Shown here: one piece after another, positions 8,172 to 16,224 of the stretch | How the letters are laid out: every line of letters begins with the position of its first letter | Numbering within the stretch: position 1 is the stretch's first letter | Assembly: GCA_016699955.1 (NCBI GenBank) | Contig: CP064993.1 | Location: 780,001 to 812,000, forward strand | Direction of reading: 5' to 3' | From: Candidatus Saccharimonadota bacterium | Lineage (GTDB): Bacteria; Patescibacteriota; Saccharimonadia; Saccharimonadales; UBA4665 | Length of the DNA: 32,000 bases | Made by a program: the position numbers and the translations under genes | Notes under the pieces: generated by a model | Databases searched by the model: none | The model's input: the letters and a program-made list of their open reading frames with translations, nothing else | What the model was told of the DNA's origin: nothing

Positions 8172-8558
8172 TTATGGTTTGTTGACGTCAAAGTACCCTA
8201 CAAAGTACGGTATCAGGTTACGGTCGGCGTTGGATTTTGTGGCAGCGTTGTGGTTTCTAGTCTGACCTTCTGCACTGACGCTGCCACCAAGAGAGCCAGA
8301 AAGGTCTTTGCCGCACACCCCACTCACCTCAACGCTCCCAATACCGCTTTTTGCTTTATGATATGCCGCATCGAAACCTGAAATATTTATAACGCGGTTG
8401 CCGTTATATCCCCAGCAGTTCCCGGCACTGCCATGCGCGGCCACTTCACGAGGCCCGTAGCAAGGGGCTGCGCCGTCACAGTATACGGTCGCAGTTTTCG
8501 GTGTGTTAGTTGGCGTAGAGGGCGACGGCGTGCTGGGCTTTCTGTAGGGAAATGAGTA
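8172..8558 (-). pseudogene. 5'-truncated fragment of a surface protein: Pro/Thr/Ser linker plus a cytochrome-b5-like C-terminal domain, paralogous to the end of the 822-aa protein
   Basis: The ORF track gives 8172-8444 from a GTG. The same frame stays open 38 more codons to 8558 (YSFPYRKPSTPSPSTPTNTPKTATVYCDGAAPCYGPRE). Those codons contain no ATG/GTG/TTG, yet still align with AAVYCAGLTPCYSTADL of the large protein. No signal peptide or TM. Confidence 0.65.
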
Positions 8559-8597
8559 TTATTTGCATCCGGCTCAGGGTAGCGTAGTATTAAAGGT

Positions 8598-9884
8598 ATG
8601 AAATTTATGAGCTTGGGTAATCAGAAAGATGTTGTTTCGTTTGAGCAAGCGTTAAGCCGGGGGATTCCTCCTGACGGCAGCCTGTACTATCCGGTAAAAA
8701 TCCCGCGTTTGTCTACAGAGCAAGTTGGCGCAATGCCTCAACTTGAGAAAAATGAAATCGATGCGGTCATGCTCGGTGCTTGGCTGAGCGACGAAATTCC
8801 GGCAGACGATCTTCGTAATATTGTCGATGCTGCTGCCTCTTTTGAAACACCAGCGGTTTCTGTTAGCGACAAGCATGTGCTAGAACTTTTTCATGGGCCT
8901 ACTATGGCATTTAAGGATGTCGCAGCGCGCTATCTTGCAGCCCTGATGGGCTATTTTAATGCCAAGACTGGGCGCACCTCTACAGTGCTTGTCGCCACAA
9001 GCGGCGATACGGGTGGGGCGATTGCCCACGGCTTTGGCGGTGTTGAGGGCACGCGAGTTGTCGTCCTCTACCCGAAAGGTCGTGTCAGCCAGCTTCAACA
9101 AGAACAACTGCGCCGCGCCGCCAACAACGTACATACACTGGAAGTTGAGGGCGACTTTGATACATGTCAGTCACTCGTCAAACAGGCTCTGGCCGACAAG
9201 CAGCTAGTAGAAAAGGTTGGCTTGACTTCAGCAAACTCCATTACTGTGGGGCGGCTACTTCCCCAAACACTATATTATGCACGTGTATACGCTCAGCTGG
9301 GCGGGCGCAGAGACTTGCGCTTTGTAGTACCGAGCGGTAACCTCGGCAATGTAACGGGCGGTGTTTTGGCACAGCAGATGGGTATACCAATTGCTTCTTT
9401 CTTGGCAGCCAATAATGCCAATAATGCCATAGATCGGTACGCGCAAACCGGCAACTTTACCCCGTTTGAAGCGGTGCCAACTATGTCAAACGCCATGGAT
9501 ATCGGGGCGCCAAATAACTTACCACGTTTGCGGCAGATTTTTGGTCAGGACGTCAATGCATTTCGCGCGGATATCCTGACTGCGCAAGTAAGTGACGAGC
9601 AAACGGTGGAGACAATCAAGAAGGTTTACGAAAAAACTGGCTACTTGCTTGACCCTCACACCGCAGTGGCGTGGTATGCGAGCGAACAGCACCCAAACAA
9701 AGATCTTCATGACGTTATTGTTTCTACGGCCGCCCCAGAAAAATTTGCCGAAGAAATTATGCGGGAGACAGGCATATTTGTCGATAACACTGCCGAGCTT
9801 GAAAAACTCCGTACGGTGCCTGAGCGCTTCACTTCAATCCCTAACTCCCTCGAAGCACTTAAACAAGAAATTCTAAACTCTTAA
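8598..9884 (+). CDS. thrC: Threonine synthase
   Basis: 428 aa, with the FHGPTMAFKD PLP-lysine motif and overall long-form ThrC layout. Confidence 0.93.
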   Translation: MKFMSLGNQKDVVSFEQALSRGIPPDGSLYYPVKIPRLSTEQVGAMPQLEKNEIDAVMLGAWLSDEIPADDLRNIVDAAASFETPAVSVSDKHVLELFHGPTMAFKDVAARYLAALMGYFNAKTGRTSTVLVATSGDTGGAIAHGFGGVEGTRVVVLYPKGRVSQLQQEQLRRAANNVHTLEVEGDFDTCQSLVKQALADKQLVEKVGLTSANSITVGRLLPQTLYYARVYAQLGGRRDLRFVVPSGNLGNVTGGVLAQQMGIPIASFLAANNANNAIDRYAQTGNFTPFEAVPTMSNAMDIGAPNNLPRLRQIFGQDVNAFRADILTAQVSDEQTVETIKKVYEKTGYLLDPHTAVAWYASEQHPNKDLHDVIVSTAAPEKFAEEIMRETGIFVDNTAELEKLRTVPERFTSIPNSLEALKQEILNS

Positions 9885-9908
9885 CTTATATCTCTCATCT
9901 CTGACATC

Positions 9909-10745
9909 ATGTATCACCCCATAAACACAAGCCAGCCAATCAGGATTGCCGTAATGGGGCTTAGTGGTGTAGGTAAAACCACGCTGGCGCGGTGCCTACC
10001 AAGCAGTCGGTGGTTTCATTATTCGGTCGATTACCGTATATGGACACATTACCTTGGCGATGAGCTTAATGATTACCTTAAGAAGCTCGCCATGTCTCAC
10101 CCATTACTGTGTGACATGCTAAAACGCGATGCTATAACTGTTGAACATCGGGTTCATTTTGATAACCTGCTTGCGACATCACTCTACATGGGCATGCTCG
10201 GTAACCCGAAAAAGCATGGTTCGACGCTGCCGGATTTCACCGAGCGGATGGCACGGCACGCCGAAAGCGAAATCGCTGCCATGCTAGATATCCCGCGTTT
10301 CATTAAACGGGCTGAAGAGTTGTACAAATATCCACACTTTCTTGCCGATTTAAGCGGAAGTTTATGCGAGGTTGTCGAGCCTGCGAACGATGACGATCCA
10401 GTGCTCCAGATAATGGACGACACAGTAACACTTATCTACATTCGTGCCACCAAAGCGCATGAAAAAGTGCTCATCGAACGTAATATTGCCGACCCAAAAC
10501 CCATCTATTATCGGCCAGATTTTGTGGCTGCTGAGTTGCCGAAACTGCTAGAAAAATTCAACGCGGCTGATGTTACCGAAATTTCACCGAGGCAGGTCGG
10601 CGCCTATCTTTATCCTCGCCTGCTTGCTCACCGCGTCGAGCGCTATGAAGCCATTGCTGCCAAACATGCACTCACGCTTACCATGGAAGAAGCCGCCGCC
10701 ATCCGCAGCGAAGCCGACCTCCTGGACCGATTGTCTAGAAGCTAG
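9909..10745 (+). CDS. P-loop NTPase / kinase-like protein of unknown function
   Basis: Walker A GLSGVGKTT at the N-terminus of a 278-aa protein. It lies 24 nt downstream of thrC on the same strand. Confidence 0.7.
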   Translation: MYHPINTSQPIRIAVMGLSGVGKTTLARCLPSSRWFHYSVDYRIWTHYLGDELNDYLKKLAMSHPLLCDMLKRDAITVEHRVHFDNLLATSLYMGMLGNPKKHGSTLPDFTERMARHAESEIAAMLDIPRFIKRAEELYKYPHFLADLSGSLCEVVEPANDDDPVLQIMDDTVTLIYIRATKAHEKVLIERNIADPKPIYYRPDFVAAELPKLLEKFNAADVTEISPRQVGAYLYPRLLAHRVERYEAIAAKHALTLTMEEAAAIRSEADLLDRLSRS

Positions 10746-11305
10746 CCCTTGGTTTGGGTTTGGAGGGTGATTTTGTAGATTGAGTATAGCAACAGAGCGC
10801 TTCCAACGAGACTAAAAGCGGCGCCGATGTTGTGAACCGCAGTAAGCGACGTTGCACCAAAAGTTGCAAGAAGCGGACCGAGTAGTGAAGTTCCGCATGC
10901 GGCACAGCCGCTACTGAGGATGCCGAGTGTGGCGGCAAGTCCGCTCGTGCCGCTTGCGCGCGCAGAGGCAGTTTTGCGCCGAAGCGCATAGGTAAGTACG
11001 GCAATGTTGATACCAAACAGCAATGATAATGAGGTGATGCTGACAGAGAGAAAACTATCAAATGAAGTAAAAAGCGCCTCGTAGCCATAGCCAAAAAACC
11101 TCACTTTTTGGTCGAACGTCATATCGGGGTTGGTAATGATGTATCCGGCGAGCTCGTAGTTGAGTGACCAAATGATAATCGCAAGCATGAGAAATGCGGT
11201 CGCTACCGCCAGCACGAAGTAAAGTGGGTTTTTTAGAACTATCCTGCCCGTGTTTGTGGCGGCAATTTTGAGCTTGGTTTTTAGCGGTAGTTTGAGCGAG
11301 CTCAT
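10742..11305 (-). CDS. Four-TM membrane protein with an intramembrane CxxC (GCAACG)
   Basis: Hydrophobic helices. ATGA start/stop overlap with the upstream DsbA-like gene. Confidence 0.6.
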   Translation of the reverse strand: MSSLKLPLKTKLKIAATNTGRIVLKNPLYFVLAVATAFLMLAIIIWSLNYELAGYIITNPDMTFDQKVRFFGYGYEALFTSFDSFLSVSITSLSLLFGINIAVLTYALRRKTASARASGTSGLAATLGILSSGCAACGTSLLGPLLATFGATSLTAVHNIGAAFSLVGSALLLYSIYKITLQTQTKG

Positions 11306-12000
11306 TGAATTTGCAACAGAGCCTTATAGATATTGTAGGGTTGCGAGCCGATAATTTTTTGGCCACCGATGATAAGCGTTGGCGTGCCCTGTACCTCGTC
11401 ACCAGCCGCCTTGTCGACAGCTGTGTTGTACGCGTCGGCATGAGATTGCCCACCGGCGCAGGTTGTAAATTCAGTGCCACTTAAACCTGCTCCGTGAGCC
11501 AACTCACCGAGCTTTTCGGGGGTGAATAGTTTTGCGGTGGTGGCATCTAGATCACCTTTACTAAAGTAATTGCCCCACATGTATGCAAACATTTTGTCGT
11601 GGTAGGCAGCAAATTTACCCTGCTCTGCGGCGCAGAATGAAGCGTACAGCGCTAGTCCGGAGTCTTCGCCAAAAAGTGGATATGGCCGGTAGATAATTTT
11701 TGCCTTTCCAGTGTCGACCCATTCTCGACGTATGTCTTTGCCTGCTTTCTGGTGAAAATCATTGCACTTTGGACATTTGTAGTCACCATATTCGACAATG
11801 GTAATCGCTGCATCTGCATTTCCAATAACTAGCTCAGTGGTACCACCTACGGGCTGTTCGTTTGTCTTTTGCGACTGGGTAGTTTTTAAATCTGCTGAGT
11901 TTTTCGAGGTGTTCTGAGGAAGATCGTCAGAACGAAACGCCAAAAACAGTCCAAGTCCGACGGTCGAGATTGCAAGGGATATAATTAGCAGACGTTTCAT
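11302..12000 (-). CDS. DsbA-family thioredoxin-fold thiol:disulfide oxidoreductase, membrane-anchored or secreted
   Basis: N-terminal hydrophobic anchor, CPKC active-site motif (YKCPKCNDFH), and a GTPT cis-Pro-type loop near the C-terminus. Confidence 0.82.
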   Translation of the reverse strand: MKRLLIISLAISTVGLGLFLAFRSDDLPQNTSKNSADLKTTQSQKTNEQPVGGTTELVIGNADAAITIVEYGDYKCPKCNDFHQKAGKDIRREWVDTGKAKIIYRPYPLFGEDSGLALYASFCAAEQGKFAAYHDKMFAYMWGNYFSKGDLDATTAKLFTPEKLGELAHGAGLSGTEFTTCAGGQSHADAYNTAVDKAAGDEVQGTPTLIIGGQKIIGSQPYNIYKALLQIQ

Positions 12001-12018
12001 ATACCAAGTATAACTTAT

Positions 12019-12050
12019 ATTTTAGATTGTCCGGCCGGACAATCTAAAAT
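12019..12050 (-). terminator. 32-bp perfect palindrome ATTTTAGATTGTCCGG/CCGGACAATCTAAAAT downstream of the GH13 gene
   Basis: 16+16 nt perfect inverted repeat, 17 nt after the stop at 12067-12069 and 19 nt before the DsbA-like start. Its function as a terminator or operator is inferred. Confidence 0.5.
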
Positions 12051-12066
12051 GAGGGAGATAAACGGA

Positions 12067-13833
12067 CTACTCGTCCTGGGAGAGGATGAGGACGCAGTAC
12101 GGAGGAAGTGAAATAGTGGCAAGGTTGCTACCCTCAGTCATAATGCTCGCAACATCGACTTCGTGGAAGTCGGGGCTGTAACCTTTCCAGGTACTGTTGA
12201 ATCGTACTTGCCAAGTGCCGTGCACCGGCAGCTGAAGTTGGTAGATATTGTGGGCTTGGTCGCCGAAATTGACGATAATGAGGACGTCGTCGCCTGCACC
12301 GCCTTGGTTCCAGCGATGGTAGCCTAAAACGCCGTTGTTGTCATCCTGGTGAAAGACGGCTGTGCTTTGGCCAAGCAGCCCGGCGGTATTGTTGTGCCGG
12401 TTGAGCCGTAGGTCTATGAGGTGGCGGTGTGCGAGCACTATTCCGCTATATCTTTCGGCTTTGCCCCATTCTAGCTCCTGCCAGTCATTGAAGCTGCCTT
12501 CTTGCAAAAACTCCTGACCCTGCAAAAGCATAGGTATGCCGGGAGCGGTTAGCATAACGGCGTCGGCCAGCAGCGATTTTTCGCGCGCATGGATGTCGGC
12601 AGCATCGCCCGAACTGGCGGCTTCATTTAGTCGAACCGAACCGTTGGCGGCGGTGTCATGCGAATCGCTAAAAACAACTTTCTCAAAAGCAGCGCCGTTG
12701 TAGCGACGTTCGAGTTCGTAGCGTACCCCCGCCAGTGTGCGGCCGCCGCGTAGTCCCAACGCATCACGCAGTGCATGCGGGAATCCAAGCTCCCACTGCG
12801 CATCAAATCCGCAGCCGTTTTCACTACGCGGTTTGGTAAGGTACGCGCTATTGGCACAGTCTTCGGCGATCATAATGGCCGATGGTTTGATTTTGTGAGC
12901 GAGTTCGTTTATGTCTTGCAGCAAGTACCACGCGTGAGATATATCGTGTGCCGGGTCGTTATCGTGGCCTTCGGTGTTGCGCATGTAAATTGTACTATCG
13001 ACGCGCAGTCCATCGAGATGATATTCGTTTAGCCACATGGCAGCGTTATCAAGGAAAAACTGGCGGACTTCCGGGCGGCCATAATCTGGGCGTCCACCCC
13101 ACGGCGTATCGCCTCGGGAATCGTTATAGAAGTATATGCCTCCCCGTTGGTTTTCACTCCACCCGTCGAATTGCCAGAGGTCAGTTTTACCTGAGAAGTG
13201 GTTGTAAACAACGTCCAGAATGACTGCGATGCCCTGTTTGTGGCACTCTCGTACAAACGTTAGTAAGCCATGCCGTCCGCCGTAGGCGTTTTCGACTGAA
13301 AAAATGTGGTTTGGGGCATACCCCCAACCGTAGCCGTGCGCCATGCTGGTGACGGGCATAAGTTCTACGACGTTAACGCCGAGCCCTTTCAGGTAATCAA
13401 GCTTATCGATTGCGTCTTCGAATGTACCAATTGTTGCGGCATCTGGTCGGTTGAAAGTGCCAATGTGAAGTTCATATATGACCTGTTGCTTGGGTGGTAC
13501 TGGCGAGAAATCATCGCCTTGCCAATCAAAATTTGGATCAACGATGACGGAAGCGCCGCTGTCAGATGTTGTAAGTTGCTGCGCTCGAGGGTCGTTACGC
13601 GTGAGTGTGCGGCCGTCTGGTGTCGTAATGAGGTAGACATAGTTTTGGCCGGGTACGACCCCTTTGATACTTACTGACCAATAGCCATCGCCCTCGCTGG
13701 CCATATCGACGCGTTGGCCGTCGTTGACAGTGCCCGCTAGGGTAACGCTGGTGGCAAACGGCGCCCACAGCCGAAACTGCGTACTTTCCCCGTGCCCAGT
13801 CACGCCCAAATTTTTCTTTACCTGATGCTGCAT
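12067..13833 (-). CDS. GH13 alpha-amylase-family enzyme with an N-terminal CBM48-like domain (branching-enzyme / TreZ-like)
   Basis: Conserved regions DVVYNH, GLRVDS, IMIAEDC and FSDSHDT. N-terminal FRLWAP...V.L motif. Confidence 0.85.
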   Translation of the reverse strand: MQHQVKKNLGVTGHGESTQFRLWAPFATSVTLAGTVNDGQRVDMASEGDGYWSVSIKGVVPGQNYVYLITTPDGRTLTRNDPRAQQLTTSDSGASVIVDPNFDWQGDDFSPVPPKQQVIYELHIGTFNRPDAATIGTFEDAIDKLDYLKGLGVNVVELMPVTSMAHGYGWGYAPNHIFSVENAYGGRHGLLTFVRECHKQGIAVILDVVYNHFSGKTDLWQFDGWSENQRGGIYFYNDSRGDTPWGGRPDYGRPEVRQFFLDNAAMWLNEYHLDGLRVDSTIYMRNTEGHDNDPAHDISHAWYLLQDINELAHKIKPSAIMIAEDCANSAYLTKPRSENGCGFDAQWELGFPHALRDALGLRGGRTLAGVRYELERRYNGAAFEKVVFSDSHDTAANGSVRLNEAASSGDAADIHAREKSLLADAVMLTAPGIPMLLQGQEFLQEGSFNDWQELEWGKAERYSGIVLAHRHLIDLRLNRHNNTAGLLGQSTAVFHQDDNNGVLGYHRWNQGGAGDDVLIIVNFGDQAHNIYQLQLPVHGTWQVRFNSTWKGYSPDFHEVDVASIMTEGSNLATISLPPYCVLILSQDE

Positions 13834-14020
13834 TGTCTATCAGTATGAAAGCACGAGCGCTTTATGGCAAGCGCTACATTCATGCGCGGTTCAGACTGGG
13901 CGTGGCGGCCGACTTTGGGTAGCCAACGTTGGACAAAACCACAGGTGAGAATGCAAACGGTCGTCTTACTTACACAAATACTTTTATGCTCTCGGGTTTG
14001 TGTTGAAGTCGTATCAAACC

Positions 14021-14055
14021 AAATATATCCTTGGATTTACTCCAAGGATATATTT
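14021..14055. repeat. Perfect 15-bp-stem hairpin AAATATATCCTTGGA-TTTAC-TCCAAGGATATATTT in the purH/GH13 intergenic region
   Basis: Read directly. No adjoining U-tract on either strand. Confidence 0.8.
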
Positions 14056-14158
14056 ACATCTTTCAGGAAGGAGCAGACCAAGTCGAGTGATCGACCGATT
14101 AGGGAGATGCGAGACCTGGCTCGATGAGGGAAACCTATCACGGTTTCCTCATAGCCTC

Positions 14159-15790
14159 TTAGTGGCCGAAGAAGCCGCGGCCTAGTTTGTCGGGTAGCAT
14201 GGTGGTGGAAACCTTTTTGTCGGCTAGAGTTTTGACGACCTCGGTGTCTTTGACAGAGCCAGATGATGTCAGGATGGCGGTGATGCCAGCCTCGGCAAGC
14301 ACAAGTGGGCCGTCTGGGAATGGGAAGAAACTATCGCTGTAAGCCGCCGCGCCTTTTATGTCGTGGTTGCGGCCGAGGGCACGTGTAACGGCGAGCCTAG
14401 CTGCTCCAACCCTGTCCTGCTGGCCGACGCCGTTGCCCAGTAGTTTGCAATCTTTCACAATGGTAATGGTGTTGCTATTGCTTGTGCTACCGACTGCCCA
14501 GGCGAGGATAAGGTCTTTCTTTGTTTGGTCGCTTACTTCGCCGTGTTGCTCGATGTAGTCAGCTGCAAAGTCTACAACAAATGTGTAGTTTGGTTGCACA
14601 AGTATGCCGCCGCGCACATTACGGTACACAGAGGCAGTCTCTAGAGAATCATTACCCAAAGTTGCAAGTGCCGGGTTTGTCACGACACGCAACTTCGCTC
14701 GCCCAAGTATTTCCAACGCCTCCGCAGTGGCTCCACTACCAACGACACCGTCGAGCAGTCGGTTTTGCCCTTCTGGCATGTGATGTTGCATGAGAATGGT
14801 TGCGACATTGGCGTCAATGAGGCCGTTTACCATGACAACTCCGCCAAATATGGCGATTTCATCACCTTCAAGCATGCGCTGTACCGCCTCTACGGTGGTT
14901 TTTGCCGTTCCTGCCCCACAGGCGTTACCATGCTTGACACCGACTGCGATGAACGGCACCTTACCAAAGTTTTTCTCAAAACCAGCAGCAATATGCGTGA
15001 CAGTTTGCAGCAAGCGGTGCATGTCGGTTTCGTTTATGTAGCTCAGTTCCCAACCTTTTTGGTGGGTGAACTGGTCGAGGCCAAGCGGATCAACTGTGAC
15101 GCGGTTATCGGCGTAGAGCCCGGCTGGTGTTTGCCGCGGGTTTTCGCCGTATTTCGTAGGCGCAACACGTTTGCCTATCCAGCCAGCCACCTCTTCCCCA
15201 CCGTGGTACTTGGCGGAAATCATAATGTAGCGCGCACATTCGTACTCGGCAACGGCACACAATTTGTCCCGGAACGCTTTTTCTTCTGTTTTGCCATCTG
15301 TTAACCAGGCAAGCACTTCACTTCGTTGGTCGGCACGGGAAAGCACAATTCGCCGTGCTTTTGCTCCGGCGCGGAGCATAGTTGGACCCCCGATATCGGT
15401 TTTTTCAATCACGCTTTGCAGTGTGGCTTTGCCGCTGGCAATTTCTTCTTCTAGGGGGTACATGTCCACTGCCACGAGGTCGATAAAAGGAATTCCTCTG
15501 TCTTTTAGCTCCTGTAAGTCTTCTGGCCTGTCGGCGTCAGCCAGCAAGCCGCTGTGTATCTCGCGCGAAAGCGTCACAACACGGTGGCCGAGTATGGCTT
15601 CCCCGCCAACTAGCTCTGCGACATCTGTGACCGGTACGCCCGCCTCGGCAACAACTTTGGCGGTTCCGCCAGACGAAATGATGTTCCACCCCAGATCGTG
15701 CAGCCCCTTGGCAAATTCGGCGATTCCAGTTTTGTCATAGACTGAAAGCAAGGCATTTTGATTAGTTTTAAGTAAGTGGTAGATAGACAT
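14159..15790 (-). CDS. purH: Bifunctional AICAR transformylase / IMP cyclohydrolase
   Basis: 543 aa. N-terminal MGS-like domain (ALLSVYDKTGI...SSGGTA), C-terminal AICARFT domain. AAGGAGG RBS. Confidence 0.95.
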   Translation of the reverse strand: MSIYHLLKTNQNALLSVYDKTGIAEFAKGLHDLGWNIISSGGTAKVVAEAGVPVTDVAELVGGEAILGHRVVTLSREIHSGLLADADRPEDLQELKDRGIPFIDLVAVDMYPLEEEIASGKATLQSVIEKTDIGGPTMLRAGAKARRIVLSRADQRSEVLAWLTDGKTEEKAFRDKLCAVAEYECARYIMISAKYHGGEEVAGWIGKRVAPTKYGENPRQTPAGLYADNRVTVDPLGLDQFTHQKGWELSYINETDMHRLLQTVTHIAAGFEKNFGKVPFIAVGVKHGNACGAGTAKTTVEAVQRMLEGDEIAIFGGVVMVNGLIDANVATILMQHHMPEGQNRLLDGVVGSGATAEALEILGRAKLRVVTNPALATLGNDSLETASVYRNVRGGILVQPNYTFVVDFAADYIEQHGEVSDQTKKDLILAWAVGSTSNSNTITIVKDCKLLGNGVGQQDRVGAARLAVTRALGRNHDIKGAAAYSDSFFPFPDGPLVLAEAGITAILTSSGSVKDTEVVKTLADKKVSTTMLPDKLGRGFFGH

Positions 15791-15822
15791 GTCTCCTCCT
15801 TAATTGAATCATGAATTTTGAA

Positions 15823-16224
15823 TTATGAATCATGTAATTTGTTGTACTGCCGGGTAGTTTTTAGTAGGCCAGTTAGTAGCTTGTGGGTTATTACTGATTG
15901 CTTAGCAAGTATTTTAAAATCATCGGCTGTAATATAGCCAACGTCTCGACTAACTAAAAGTTGATTTTGTAGCTCAGTAAGCGAACCGTGAGCCATTGAA
16001 AAAAAATGTGCTTTATCAGGGTAGGATGGTCTTGAAAAACCCTCAGCAATATTTGATGTCACCGAGACAGCCGCTCGGCGAATCTGGCTGGTTAGCCCAA
16101 ATTGCTCGTTGACAGGAAACGTTTTTGTCGTAGTGTAAATGAGAATTACTAATTTATGACCTTCTTTCCGGGTGTCTAAGTCAGTAAAGCTCCTAATGCT
16201 TTTTTTACCTGCTTCATGATTCAT
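15823..16224 (-). CDS. Four-helix-bundle protein (23S rRNA intervening-sequence protein / Avd-like family)
   Basis: 133 aa with QIRRAAVSVTSNIAEG...HGSLTELQNQL motifs typical of the family. ATGA overlap with the purL stop. Confidence 0.85.
   Translation of the reverse strand: MNHEAGKKSIRSFTDLDTRKEGHKLVILIYTTTKTFPVNEQFGLTSQIRRAAVSVTSNIAEGFSRPSYPDKAHFFSMAHGSLTELQNQLLVSRDVGYITADDFKILAKQSVITHKLLTGLLKTTRQYNKLHDS

Noticed and set aside
13864-14127. 87-aa ORF in the purH/GH13 intergenic region
   Set aside because: No RBS or promoter-like context and a composition unlike neighbouring genes. It spans the 14021-14055 hairpin, so the region is more plausibly non-coding.
14358-15740. Plus-strand ORFs of 66-179 aa inside purH (e.g. 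14765-15304, 15264-15740)
   Set aside because: They are antisense shadows of a strongly supported gene. They have low-complexity Ser/Ala/Pro/Arg-rich translations, no RBS and no recognisable motifs. The same applies to the antisense ORFs within purL, purK, purE, GH13 and the HK gene.
15823-16224. Diversity-generating retroelement, because the four-helix-bundle protein is Avd-like
   Set aside because: The window has no reverse transcriptase ORF and no template/variable repeat pair with adenine-specific differences. The near-identical repeats in the surface gene are identical rather than A-mutated.
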